Assembly (NCBI GenBank): GCA_963809425.1
Contig: CAWEJK010000002.1
Coordinates: 193,254 to 257,253, forward strand
Reading direction: 5' to 3'
Source of the DNA: Thermoanaerobaculia bacterium
GTDB lineage: Bacteria > Acidobacteriota > Thermoanaerobaculia > UBA5066
Length of the DNA stretch: 64,000 nt
The position numbers and the translations under genes are program-made. Under the pieces are notes generated by a model that saw only the letters and a program-made list of their open reading frames with translations, was not told the DNA's origin and ran no database searches. Below are positions 26,804-36,248 of the stretch, one piece after another (positions within the stretch are counted from its first letter, which is position 1; the number at the start of each line of letters is the position of its first letter).

Positions 26804-28578
26804 GCGCGCACCCCGGCGCCGTTTCTCGCGAGGTCGCGCATCTCCTGCTCGAGAAACGCCGACACCTCGTCGGCGGTCGAGAGCGAGAGCGCGGCGCGCG
26901 CGACGCGCTCGGCATCCTGGATCGAGACCCCGCGCAGGAACTCCTTCACGACGGGGACCGTGCGGGGCCCCATCGAGAATTCGCGGATTCCGAGCCCGAG
27001 GAACAGGATGACGAGAGCGGGATCCGCGGCCATCTCGCCGCACACGGAGAGCGGTTTCTTCGCGTGGAGGGCGGCCTCGGCGACGCGCGCGACGAGGCGG
27101 AGCACCGCCGGATGCGTCGGCCGGAAGAGGCCCGAGACGGTCTGGTTCGCGCGATCGACGGCGAGCGTGTACTGGATGAGGTCGTTCGTCCCGAGAGCGA
27201 GAAAATCGACCTCCGGCGCGAGCAGGTCGGCGGTCATCGCCGCCGACGGAACTTCGATCATGGCTCCGAGCGGGATGTCGTCGGGCACGGGGATCCCCCG
27301 CTCGAGGACGTCTTCGCGCGCTTCCTTCAGGAGAGTCCGCACGCGCCGGATTTCTTCGACTCCCGAGACCATCGGGACGAGGATGCGCAGGTTCCCCCCG
27401 ACCGCGGCCGCGAGCAGCGCGCGCAGCTGCGTCGAGAACATCTCGGGCCGCGCGAAGCAGAGCCGCACGCCCCGAAGACCGAGGACCGGGTTCGGCTCGT
27501 CGGAGCCGATCAGGTGACGGGCACCCTTCTTCCCGCCGAGGTCGTACGTGCGGATCACGACCGGGCGCGGCGCGAGCCGCTGGATGACTTCGCGGTAGGC
27601 GGCCGCCTGCTCCTCCTCGGACGGGAACTCGGTCCCCTCCTTCGAGAGGTACAGGAACTCCGACCGGAACAGACCGACGCCGTCGGCGCCGTATTCGATG
27701 ACGTCTCCTACCTCGCTCAAGAGCTCGATGTTCGCGCGCACGGTCACGTCGGCGCCGTCCCGCGTGCGGGTCGCTCCGCCGTGGCTGCGCTCCTTGAGCG
27801 ACCGTTCGTGCCGGGCTTCCTGATCGCGCCGGTTCCGGAACAGGGCAATGACGTCTTCGGACGGCTCGCGCCAGACGATTCCGTCGCGGCCGTCCACGAC
27901 GACACGATCGCCTTCTCCGACTTCGGCGAGGAGCTGAGGGACCCCGACCACCGCGGGAATGCCGAAGGAGCGCGCGAGGATCGCCGCATGGGACGTGCGC
28001 CCGCCGCGCTCGGTCACGAAGCCGACGACCCGGTCCCGCGGAATGCGCACGGCGTCGGACGGCGTGAGCTCGTCCGCGACGAGGACGATCGCCTCGCCCA
28101 CCAGGTCCTCCATCCGGAGGCGCGAGTTCTCCTCCCCGCCGAGATGCTTCTTCAGCGCGCGCGCGACGTCGTCGATGTCGGCGGCGCTGTGGGCGAAATT
28201 CTCGTCCGGGATGCTCCGGAAGCGCGCCATGAGGTCGGCGGTGGTCTGTGAAACGGCCCACTCGGCGTTCGCTTTTTCGTGCGCGATCCGCCGTTCGATC
28301 GGGCCGAGGAACGTGCGGTCCTTCAGGAACAGGGCGTGCGCGTGAAAGATCCCCGCGTACTCCGAGCCGAGACGCTCCTTCACGTGGCGGGCCGTGGACT
28401 CGATCTCCTCGGCGGCGGCATCGGAGGCCCGGCGGAACCGCTCGATCTCGGACTGGATCTCCTCGGGCTCGAGCGTCCGCTTCGGCGAGGAGTCTTCCCG
28501 CGAGACCCACAGGACGGCCCGTCCGACGGCGATGCCGGGAGAAACGGGAATGCCGGTCAGCGAAAGGGGGCGCTTCAC
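26800..28578 (-). CDS. ptsI: Phosphoenolpyruvate-protein phosphotransferase (PTS Enzyme I)
   Basis: 592 aa. Contains GGRTSHAAILARSFGIPAVVG (active-site His) and FLALGTNDLIQYTLAVDR. Confidence 0.95.
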   Translation of the reverse strand: MKRPLSLTGIPVSPGIAVGRAVLWVSREDSSPKRTLEPEEIQSEIERFRRASDAAAEEIESTARHVKERLGSEYAGIFHAHALFLKDRTFLGPIERRIAHEKANAEWAVSQTTADLMARFRSIPDENFAHSAADIDDVARALKKHLGGEENSRLRMEDLVGEAIVLVADELTPSDAVRIPRDRVVGFVTERGGRTSHAAILARSFGIPAVVGVPQLLAEVGEGDRVVVDGRDGIVWREPSEDVIALFRNRRDQEARHERSLKERSHGGATRTRDGADVTVRANIELLSEVGDVIEYGADGVGLFRSEFLYLSKEGTEFPSEEEQAAAYREVIQRLAPRPVVIRTYDLGGKKGARHLIGSDEPNPVLGLRGVRLCFARPEMFSTQLRALLAAAVGGNLRILVPMVSGVEEIRRVRTLLKEAREDVLERGIPVPDDIPLGAMIEVPSAAMTADLLAPEVDFLALGTNDLIQYTLAVDRANQTVSGLFRPTHPAVLRLVARVAEAALHAKKPLSVCGEMAADPALVILFLGLGIREFSMGPRTVPVVKEFLRGVSIQDAERVARAALSLSTADEVSAFLEQEMRDLARNGAGVRA

Positions 28579-28598
28579 CCCGTTATCTTAACCGCGGC

Positions 28599-28868
28599 TC
28601 AGTCGGCTTCGTCGAACTTGCGGTCCACGAGGTCGCGGAGCGCGGCGAGCGCCTGCTCTTCGTCTCTCCCCTCGGCGCGCACGACGAGCGGCGTGCCCTT
28701 CCCCGCCGCCAGGAGCAGGAGGCCGAGGATGCTCTTGCCGTCCACTTCGTCGCCGTCGCGCGCGAGGGTGATCTTCGCGTCGAACGAGGCCGCCGTGTGG
28801 ACGAGCTTCGCCGCGGCGCGCGCGTGCAGGCCGAGGCGGTTCTTGAGCGTGAGGGTCTGCTCCTTCAT
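28599..28868 (-). CDS. ptsH: Phosphocarrier protein HPr
   Basis: 89 aa from ATG 28868. LGLHARAAAKLV (His15 region) and GKSILGLLLLAAGKG (Ser46 region). Confidence 0.9.
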   Translation of the reverse strand: MKEQTLTLKNRLGLHARAAAKLVHTAASFDAKITLARDGDEVDGKSILGLLLLAAGKGTPLVVRAEGRDEEQALAALRDLVDRKFDEAD

Positions 28869-29311
28869 CGCCGGGACCCTCCCGGAGGGCCTTCGACGAG
28901 CTCGGCCGCGGCCACGATCGCCCGACGCCCGCGCTCCACGAGCGTGTGGGCGATGTCGCGGGGGCTCCTGCCCTCGCGCGCAAGGCCGCGCGCCTTCACG
29001 ACCATCGGAAGGTTGATGCCCGAGACGATCTCGATCTTTCCCGGATCGAGGAACGCGAGCGCGAGATTCGACGGAGTGCCGCCGAACATGTCGGTCAGGA
29101 GCACGACGCCCTTCCCGCGATTCACCTCGGAGATCGCCTTCTCGAGCCTCCGGCTCGCGGCCTCGGGAGACTCGTCCCACGCGAGCGACAGGGCGCCGAT
29201 GTCGTCGGGCTCGTCGGGCTCGAGCATGCGGACGGTCTCGCGCAGGGCGTTCGCGAGAGGCCCGTGCGACAGGAGGAGGAGACCCACGAAGGGACCTGTG
29301 GAAATCGTCAT
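28865..29311 (-). CDS. PTS EIIA component, mannose/fructose family
   Basis: 148 aa from ATG 29311. Contains GLLLLSHGPLANAL...VVLLTDMFGGTPSN. Confidence 0.8.
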   Translation of the reverse strand: MTISTGPFVGLLLLSHGPLANALRETVRMLEPDEPDDIGALSLAWDESPEAASRRLEKAISEVNRGKGVVLLTDMFGGTPSNLALAFLDPGKIEIVSGINLPMVVKARGLAREGRSPRDIAHTLVERGRRAIVAAAELVEGPPGGSRR

Positions 29312-29313
29312 GC

Positions 29314-30183
29314 TCAGTCGAGCGCCTCGTCCCGGTGCGAGACGCGCACCGGATATCCCATGGCCCCGAAATCGCGCGCGAGCCGCTCCGCGACGTACAC
29401 GGACCGATGCCTGCCTCCCGTGCACCCGATTCCGATCGTGAGGTACGCGCGGTTCTCGCGCCGGTAGTTCGGCAGGCAGAACGCGAGGAAATCCCTCAGG
29501 CGGGTGTAGAAGGGCTCGGTCTGGTCCCCGGCCTCGATGAACCGCGCGACCTCGGGATCGCGCCCCGTCCGGCCCCTGAGGCGCGCCTCGAAATGCGGGT
29601 TCGCGAGAAACCGCACGTCGAAGCAGAGGTCGAGCGCAGCGGGGTGCCCGTGCTTGAACCCGAAGGAGATGAGCGAGACTGCGAGGATCCCGGGGTCTCC
29701 CGGATCCCGGAAGTGCTCCGCGACGGCGGCTCGCAGCTCGTGGACCGTCATCGCCGTCGTGTCGATCACGAGATCCGCCTTCTCCTGCACGTCGGCCAGA
29801 AGGCGCCTCTCGAACGCGACGGCCTCGCCGAGAGAGCGCCCGTCGGCGAGCGGATGAGGCCTCCGGGTCGCCGAGAACCTGTTCAGGAGCGCCCGGTCTT
29901 CGCAATCGAGGAAGACGACCGTGATCGGAAGCCGCTGGCGGAGCTTGTCGAGGAGGCCCGGAAAGCGCTCGGCGAAGTCGGGATTGCGGACGTCGAGCAC
30001 GACGGCGTTCTTCCGGCGCGGCATCCGGCCGGCGGCGACCTCGCCCGCGAACTCCTCGAGGAGGGAGAGAGGGAGGTTGTCGACCGTCGTGTAGCCGATG
30101 TCCTCGAGCGCGTGGGCGACGTAGGACTTTCCCGAGCCGGAGAGACCCGTTGCGACGACGAGGCGCGTCCCGCTCCCCGTCAC
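29314..30183 (-). CDS. rapZ: RNase adapter protein RapZ (YhbJ P-loop NTPase)
   Basis: GTG 30183 (GTGA overlap with the hprK stop). Contains VVATGLSGSGKSYVAHALEDIGYTTVDNLP and GIGCTGGRHRSV. Confidence 0.9.
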   Translation of the reverse strand: MTGSGTRLVVATGLSGSGKSYVAHALEDIGYTTVDNLPLSLLEEFAGEVAAGRMPRRKNAVVLDVRNPDFAERFPGLLDKLRQRLPITVVFLDCEDRALLNRFSATRRPHPLADGRSLGEAVAFERRLLADVQEKADLVIDTTAMTVHELRAAVAEHFRDPGDPGILAVSLISFGFKHGHPAALDLCFDVRFLANPHFEARLRGRTGRDPEVARFIEAGDQTEPFYTRLRDFLAFCLPNYRRENRAYLTIGIGCTGGRHRSVYVAERLARDFGAMGYPVRVSHRDEALD

Positions 30184-31202
30184 CGCGCCCTCTCGCGGGC
30201 CGTGAGCTTGCGCCGGACGCGTCGCGCGATCGTGAACCGATCGGAAGCCGCCTTCCGGGCGATCTCGTCGTGCACCTTCGCCGCGATCTCCCGCGCGGCG
30301 TTGAAGCCGCGCCTCTTCAGGAGCTGGTTGCGCGCGGCGATCTCGACGAGGAGGGCGACGTCGCGGCCGGTCGCGACCGGCATCCGCACGCGCGGCACGG
30401 CCACGCCGAGGATGTCTTCGAATTCCTCGTCGAGCCCGAGTCGGTCGACATTCTCCTGCTCGTTCCAGTCGGTCAGCTGGATCACGAATTCGACCGTGTG
30501 TCGTTCGAGGACTGCGGCGACGCCGAAGAGCATCGGAACGTTCACGATCCCGAGGCCGCGCAGCTCCATGTGATGCCGGATGAGCCCGGACGACGACCCG
30601 ATGAGGACGTCGTTCGGAAAACGCTGCACGACGACGAGATCGTCCGCGACGAGCCGGTGCCCGCGCTGGACGAGGGAGAGCGCACATTCGCTCTTCCCGA
30701 CGCCCGAGTCGCCGAGGAGGAGGGTGCCGAGGCCGCCGACCTCGAGGAGAACGCCGTGGAGGGTCGCGCGCGGCGCGAGCGATTCCTCGAGAAACGCGGT
30801 GAGGCCCTCGATGACGACGCTCGTCATGCGCGCGGTCTTGAAGAGCGGGATGCCGCGGCGCCGGCACAGATTCGTCAGGACCGAGCCCGGCTCGATTCCC
30901 TTCGTCACGACGACGCAGGCGAGAGGCAGCTGGGTGAAAGAGTCGAGGCGCTCCCTGGCCACGCTCCTGGACAGCGTTCTCAGGAAGTCGAATTCGCTCT
31001 TCCCGAGAATCTGGACGCGGTTCGGCTTCACGTAGTCCGTGAAGCCCGCGATGGCGAGGCCCGGCTTCTGCACGCGCGGCCAGTCGACCGGCCGATCGAG
31101 CCCCTTGTGCCCCACGACGAGCTCGAGGCCGAGCGAGGCGAGGGCGGGCGCGCACAGGTCGCCGGCGCGCACAAGAGGTTTCGTTTCGGCCGGATCTCGC
31201 AT
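30180..31202 (-). CDS. hprK: HPr kinase/phosphorylase
   Basis: 340 aa. Contains LLLGDSGVGKSECALSLVQRGHRLVADD and MELRGLGIVNV. Confidence 0.93.
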   Translation of the reverse strand: MRDPAETKPLVRAGDLCAPALASLGLELVVGHKGLDRPVDWPRVQKPGLAIAGFTDYVKPNRVQILGKSEFDFLRTLSRSVARERLDSFTQLPLACVVVTKGIEPGSVLTNLCRRRGIPLFKTARMTSVVIEGLTAFLEESLAPRATLHGVLLEVGGLGTLLLGDSGVGKSECALSLVQRGHRLVADDLVVVQRFPNDVLIGSSSGLIRHHMELRGLGIVNVPMLFGVAAVLERHTVEFVIQLTDWNEQENVDRLGLDEEFEDILGVAVPRVRMPVATGRDVALLVEIAARNQLLKRRGFNAAREIAAKVHDEIARKAASDRFTIARRVRRKLTARERAR

Positions 31203-31224
31203 CGCGTCTCGTTCTCCTCCCCGG

Positions 31225-31761
31225 CTACTCGGGGACGACGAGACCGAGCGTCCCGTCCTTGCGCCGGTACAGGAACCGCAGGGCGTGGTGGGAGGCCGGG
31301 TCGCGGAAGACGAGGACCTCCCGTCGCGAAGCGGCGAACGCCGTGAGGGCGTCCTCCTCGAACATCGCGCGCGGCGCCTGGGTTTCGCGCCGGGGTCCTG
31401 AATTCCGCGCCGGCCCGGCCGGCGGCTCCGCGGGCCAGGTCTCGGGATTCCGGACCGCCGAGGCGGCGCGCTTCTTGACGCCGCTCACCTTCGTCTTCGA
31501 CTTGACCGCCTGCGCGGAAATCCGGTCCATGACGTCCTGCGCCGCGGTTGCCTGGTCTCCGGCGCGGGCCGCGGCCGTGAGCGTGCCGTGGCGGCCGGCC
31601 ACCGAGACCTCGACTTCCAGATCCTTCTTGCCGGCCGTCACGACGACGCGCGCCTCCGCGTCCCCCGGCAGGGTGCGGCCGAGCTTCGCGAGCTTCGTCT
31701 CGACGATCTCGCGCAGGCGCGGGTGGAGGCGGACGTGCCGGGCGGTGAAGGTCGTCTTCAT
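31225..31761 (-). CDS. hpf: Ribosome hibernation promoting factor (long HPF, sigma-54 modulation protein family)
   Basis: 178 aa from ATG 31761. N-terminal S30AE domain and a C-terminal dimerisation domain (VLVFRDPASHHALRFLYRRKDGTLGLVVPE). Confidence 0.85.
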   Translation of the reverse strand: MKTTFTARHVRLHPRLREIVETKLAKLGRTLPGDAEARVVVTAGKKDLEVEVSVAGRHGTLTAAARAGDQATAAQDVMDRISAQAVKSKTKVSGVKKRAASAVRNPETWPAEPPAGPARNSGPRRETQAPRAMFEEDALTAFAASRREVLVFRDPASHHALRFLYRRKDGTLGLVVPE

Positions 31762-33398
31762 GGTTCCTCCTCGGGGACGGCCGGGGCCGTCTCGCCGATC
31801 TCCTCGGGCTCCGCCTCGTCCGGGCCGGCCCCGGAGGCGGTCTCGCCGACGCGGCGGATCGAGCTGGCCGGGATGCGGAGCTCCTCGCGATACTTCGCGA
31901 CCGTGCGGCGCGCGATGCGAATTCCGTCGCGAAGGAGCAGTTCCGCGAGGCGGGCGTCCGAAAGGGGGTGCGCGGGGTCCTCCGCTTCGACGAGACTCCG
32001 GATCTTGCCCTTCACGGCGAGCGAGGAAACGTCCTCCCCCACCGACGACGCGATCGCCGAATGGAAGAAAAACTTCATCGGGACGAGGCCTCGCGGCGTC
32101 GCCATCCACTTGTTCGAGACGACGCGCGAGACCGTGGATTCGTGCATGCCGATGTCCTCGGCGACGTCGCGGAGGACGAGCGGTTTCAGATGCGCGACCC
32201 CGTAGTCGAAGAAGTCGTGCTGCTTCTTCACGATCGACTCGGCGACGCGCACGATCGTGCGCTTTCTCTGGTCGAGGCTCTTGAGCAGCCACTGCGCCGC
32301 GCGCATCTTCTCCCTCAGGTAGCTCCTGCCTTCCCCGTCGAGGGCGCCGTCCCGCGCGAGGAGCATCCGGCGATAGAGCGCCGACACGCGAAGGCGCGGG
32401 AGGCCGTCGTCGTTGAACAGCACGACGTACTCCTCTTCGACCTTCACGACCGCCACGTCGGGCTCGACGTAGATCGTGCGGGAGGAGTCGTAGGCGCGCC
32501 CCGGCTTCGGGTCGAGCTTCCGGATCCACTCGTGCGCCTGCTGGATCTCTTCGAGCGGCACGTTCATCTGCCGCGCGAGGAGGGCGGCGGGTTTCGAGCC
32601 CAGCTCCGCGAAACGGTGCGTCACGAGCTCGACGAGGAGCGGCGTCGCGATGTTCGCGGCCCGCGCCTGGAGGAGGAGGATCTCGGCGAGATCGCGCCCG
32701 CCCACTCCGCACGGGTCGAATGACTGCAGGAGCGCGAGCGCCTTCTCCGCCGTCTCCATCGAGCACGGCATGGCCGCGCAGACCTCGGCGAGGCTGACGC
32801 GCAGACACCCGTCCGGGTCGACGTTGCCGATCAGGAACCCGCAGGCCTCCCGGACGCCGGGAGGGGCATCCGAGACGCCGAGCTGCTCGGTGAGGTGCGG
32901 CTCGAGGCCGGGCGGCGCGTCGGCCCGGTTTTCGAGCGAGAACTCCTCGGCCTGCTCGCTCATGCGGGGAGCCGTCGCCGTGCCGTCCATGTAGTCGCCG
33001 AAGTAAGCCTCGAGGTCGATGTCGCCGAGGGCGTCCTGCAAGGTCTCGGTCGGCGCGGCATCGACGACCGGTTCGGGAGCCGGCGCCTCGTGCATGGCGG
33101 CGGCAGGCTCCGGACCCCCGTCCGCGCCGTCGGAAAGCGCGTCGACGTTTCCGGGTCCGGTTTCCGGCGTCTCGGCGAGCTCGCGCTCGCGCGTCTCCGC
33201 GGCGCCGGAGTCCTCGTCGGGCGCTGCCGCGGCCTCCGGATCCTGCTCCTCGAGCACCGGGTTCGAGACGAGCTCCTGGTTCACGACGTCCTGCAGCTCG
33301 AGGCGCGTCATCTGCAGCAGCTTGATGGCCTGCTGCAGCGTCGGCGTCATGACGAGCCGCTGCGAGAGTCTCAGCGAGAGTTTCTGTTCGAGTCCCAA
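31758..33398 (-). CDS. rpoN: RNA polymerase sigma-54 factor
   Basis: 546 aa. Contains LKPLVLRDVAEDIGMHESTVSRVVSNKWMATPRG and the RpoN box ARRTVAKYRE. Confidence 0.96.
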   Translation of the reverse strand: MGLEQKLSLRLSQRLVMTPTLQQAIKLLQMTRLELQDVVNQELVSNPVLEEQDPEAAAAPDEDSGAAETRERELAETPETGPGNVDALSDGADGGPEPAAAMHEAPAPEPVVDAAPTETLQDALGDIDLEAYFGDYMDGTATAPRMSEQAEEFSLENRADAPPGLEPHLTEQLGVSDAPPGVREACGFLIGNVDPDGCLRVSLAEVCAAMPCSMETAEKALALLQSFDPCGVGGRDLAEILLLQARAANIATPLLVELVTHRFAELGSKPAALLARQMNVPLEEIQQAHEWIRKLDPKPGRAYDSSRTIYVEPDVAVVKVEEEYVVLFNDDGLPRLRVSALYRRMLLARDGALDGEGRSYLREKMRAAQWLLKSLDQRKRTIVRVAESIVKKQHDFFDYGVAHLKPLVLRDVAEDIGMHESTVSRVVSNKWMATPRGLVPMKFFFHSAIASSVGEDVSSLAVKGKIRSLVEAEDPAHPLSDARLAELLLRDGIRIARRTVAKYREELRIPASSIRRVGETASGAGPDEAEPEEIGETAPAVPEEEP

Positions 33399-33460
33399 TG
33401 CGTTGTCCGAAGCCCCGCTCAGGCGCAGGCCGCGCTGATTCTACCGCCGCGAGCCCGGAC

Positions 33461-34198
33461 TCAGTCGAGCCGGAACCGCTCGCCGAGATAGACGCGGCGC
33501 ACCTCGGGATCGCCGGAGAGTCCGGCGGGCGTTCCCGTCCGGAAAATGGCGCCCGCATGGATGATGTAGCCGCGGTCCACGATCGCGAGCGTGTCGCGCA
33601 CGTTGTGGTCCGTGATGAGGACGCCGATGCCGGCTGCCGCGAGATTTCGAATCACCTGCTGGAGGTCGAGGACGGTAATCGGGTCGATCCCGGCGAACGG
33701 CTCGTCGAGCAGGATGAATCGCGGCGAGAGCGTGAGGGCGCGGGCGATCTCGAGCCGTCGCCGTTCGCCGCCCGAGAGCGTGTCCGCGACCGCGTGGGCG
33801 AGGTGTGAGAGTTTGAAACGGTCGAGGAGGCCGTGCGCGGTCTCCTCGCGCATCGCCCGGCTTCCGGGGAGCGTCTCGAGAATCGCGAGGAGGTTCTCCA
33901 TCGCGGTCATCTTGCGAAAAACGGACGCTTCCTGCGGCAGGTACCCGAGTCCGCGTCGCGCGCGCCGGTACATCGGGAGCGTCGTGATGTCCTGCCCGTC
34001 GAGAAGCACGGAGCCGGCGTCGGGCGCCACGAGCCCCACGACGATCGAGAAGGTCGTCGTCTTTCCCGCTCCGTTCGGGCCCAGGAGTCCCACGACCTCC
34101 CCTCCGGAGACGAGGAGCGACACCCCGGCGACCACCGTGCGGCCGCGGTAGGCCTTCACGAGGTCGCGGGCCTCGAGCACGGCCGCGGCGGCGCTCAC
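33461..34198 (-). CDS. lptB: LPS export ABC transporter ATP-binding protein
   Basis: 245 aa. Walker [12 protein letters not shown], signature [15 protein letters not shown], and synteny with rpoN. Confidence 0.92.
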   Translation of the reverse strand: MSAAAAVLEARDLVKAYRGRTVVAGVSLLVSGGEVVGLLGPNGAGKTTTFSIVVGLVAPDAGSVLLDGQDITTLPMYRRARRGLGYLPQEASVFRKMTAMENLLAILETLPGSRAMREETAHGLLDRFKLSHLAHAVADTLSGGERRRLEIARALTLSPRFILLDEPFAGIDPITVLDLQQVIRNLAAAGIGVLITDHNVRDTLAIVDRGYIIHAGAIFRTGTPAGLSGDPEVRRVYLGERFRLD

Positions 34199-34632
34199 GA
34201 GCTCTCCGGTTTGAGAATCGTCTCGGTGGGCACCGACCCATCCGTCTCCACGTCCACCTGAGAGCTCTTCTGCCGGAACGTCAGGACCGCGCCGGTCGAG
34301 CGGTTGCCCTTCCCGTCGAGAGCCGTGGCGGGCGCGCCCTCCAGCGTGACCGCTTCGGTCTGCGGACGCCAGATCGCTTTCGTGCCCTCGCCCCTGCGGT
34401 GCTGCGCGCGATCTTCGACGACGACGGCGCCCCGCGCCTCCGTGTATTCGATCGTGCGGTCCGGGGCCAGACGGATGTCCGTCACGTCGGAGCTCATCGT
34501 GAAGATTCCGGACGTCATCGTCGCATGACCCTCGAGGCGGACGAAGCGCTCCTCTTCCCGGTGGATGAGGACGTCTCCCGACGCGTTGACGGTCTCGCTC
34601 GGGCGGCCGCCCGGCGGCAGTCGCGTCCCATT
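34195..34632 (-). CDS. OstA/LptA-like C-terminal segment without its own start codon (probably continuous with the upstream LptC-like ORF)
   Basis: The frame is open upstream of the listed ATG 34518 (...[44 protein letters not shown]...). It meets the upstream frame at an A5 run (T5 on the plus strand, 34631-34635). Confidence 0.55.
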   Translation of the reverse strand, partial: NGTRLPPGGRPSETVNASGDVLIHREEERFVRLEGHATMTSGIFTMSSDVTDIRLAPDRTIEYTEARGAVVVEDRAQHRRGEGTKAIWRPQTEAVTLEGAPATALDGKGNRSTGAVLTFRQKSSQVDVETDGSVPTETILKPESS

Positions 34633-36248
34633 TTTGGCGTCTTTACGGGCGTCGTCTCGCGCCGGAAGAACGCCTGGACCTTCTGCTCGGCCCGCATCGT
34701 CTTCGCGGCGTCGTCGAGCTCGAGCGTGCCGCAGCGCAGAACGTTCTCGTTCTGCCAGGCGCGCACCGAGCCCGCGAGGACGAGCCTCGACGTTCGGGTC
34801 AGAAGCTTCAAGGTGTCGGACTCGGAGAAAAAGGGGCTCTTCCCGTCACCGCCGAGAAAGCCGCCTCGGCCGGGCCCCGACCCTGGCGCGTACGAGGCCT
34901 TCACGGTCCCCGCGGCGTCGAGGCGCTCCTCCCGCGCGTTCCACGACAGCGATCGGGCCGTGATCGCGCCGCGCTCGTCGTGGTAGCGCGCGGGGACGTC
35001 GGACTCGCCCGAGAAGACGGCCGTGTCGTCCCGCCCGCGCAGCGTGCCGTGCGGAGCCTTCAGCGTGGCCCTCTTCCCGTCGGTCAGCTCGACACCGTTT
35101 TCGAACGTCGCCGTCTCGATCGAGCGGCCATCCGGCAGGAAGAGGACCCGGGCGAAGCCGGCGGTGAGCGTGCGCAGCCCCGAGCCGGCGGGTCCACCGG
35201 CCCGGCCGGATTCGGCGGCGTCGAGCCGATTGGCCACGGTGAGCTCGCGGAAACCCCCGTTTTCGAATCTCCCCGAGAAATGCGGCGCCCGCGCGCGGCG
35301 CGCGCCCGCGGTGCCCGACGTGATTGACGCTCCGGCGGGGCCGAGGTCGAGCCTCGCGAGACCCGGGGCGCCCCCGTCGGCTTCGAGACCGGCCGGTTGT
35401 CCGGACGCGTCGACCCGCATCTCGAGGGCGTCGCCCTGCGCCGTGAGCGCGGCCGGCGGCTGCCCCGATTCAGGAAGGACGAGGAGGAAGGCGCCCGTCG
35501 TCGCCCGGAGCCGGCTTCCGTCGGGCTCGGCGAGCCGGGAGACGCTTTCGCTCCGGAGGATGAAGCGGTCGGTCTTCAGGACGGCGCCGCCCGTCGCGTC
35601 GAGCCTTCCGTCGCGGGAGACGACGACCCGCGGCGCGGCCAGATCCACGGCGCGCCCGCCTTCGGCCCGCCCGCCGAGGTGCGCGTCGCCGTCGAGCACG
35701 AGATTTCCGTCCCTGACGCCGAGCTTCCCGGAGGCGGCGCGGGCCACGAGCGCGCCCCGAAGCGCCGTGACGGGTCCCTCAGACGCGAGCTCGCGGCGCG
35801 CGGGATCGTAGCGGAACGAGGCGGCCGAGAGGCTCGTCTCCTCGCCCTCGATCTTCACCCCGTCGAAGACGCGGAAGGCCCGCGAGCCCTCGATCATCTC
35901 GGCGCGCGGCGCTCGCACCGAGATCGCCCGTTCGCCGGCTCCCTCCCGCGACTCGAACACGACGTCCTTGAGTCGGAAGATCTTCTCCCCCTTTTCCTCG
36001 AACCTGACGGCTTCCGTGGCGCGAACGCGATACCGGCCCTCGGAAGCCCGCGTCTCGTCGTACTGAAAGTCACGGAAGCGCATCGTGTCGCGCTTCCCTC
36101 CGGATTCCTTCAGGAGCGTTTCGGCGACCGGATCGCGGACGCCCTCCGTCCGCGCTCCGGGCTTGCGGTAGGAGAGGACGACGAGGAGCGCGAAGCCGAC
36201 GACGAGGGCGAGGATCGCCGCCCGGATCATCCGCCGAAAGCGCGTCAT
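34515..36248 (-). CDS. Membrane-anchored LptC/OstA-like periplasmic protein (extended)
   Basis: ATG 36248 (ATGA overlap with the recJ stop). TM anchor [21 protein letters not shown]. Repeated beta-rich OstA-like segments. The final ~38 aa of the listed frame are Arg-rich junk after the A5 run. Confidence 0.65.
   Translation of the reverse strand: MTRFRRMIRAAILALVVGFALLVVLSYRKPGARTEGVRDPVAETLLKESGGKRDTMRFRDFQYDETRASEGRYRVRATEAVRFEEKGEKIFRLKDVVFESREGAGERAISVRAPRAEMIEGSRAFRVFDGVKIEGEETSLSAASFRYDPARRELASEGPVTALRGALVARAASGKLGVRDGNLVLDGDAHLGGRAEGGRAVDLAAPRVVVSRDGRLDATGGAVLKTDRFILRSESVSRLAEPDGSRLRATTGAFLLVLPESGQPPAALTAQGDALEMRVDASGQPAGLEADGGAPGLARLDLGPAGASITSGTAGARRARAPHFSGRFENGGFRELTVANRLDAAESGRAGGPAGSGLRTLTAGFARVLFLPDGRSIETATFENGVELTDGKRATLKAPHGTLRGRDDTAVFSGESDVPARYHDERGAITARSLSWNAREERLDAAGTVKASYAPGSGPGRGGFLGGDGKSPFFSESDTLKLLTRTSRLVLAGSVRAWQNENVLRCGTLELDDAAKTMRAEQKVQAFFRRETTPVKTPKMGRDCRRAAARARPSTRRETSSSTGKRSASSASRVMRR

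Noticed and set aside
34631-34635. Programmed -1 ribosomal frameshift at CCAAAAAT joining LptC-like and LptA-like frames
   Set aside because: It is formally possible (tRNA-Lys slip on A-AAA-A). However, no downstream stimulatory structure is obvious, and four other conserved genes in the window show similar single-base breaks at non-slippery GC runs. An assembly indel is therefore more likely. It is kept as a finding only for the fusion question.
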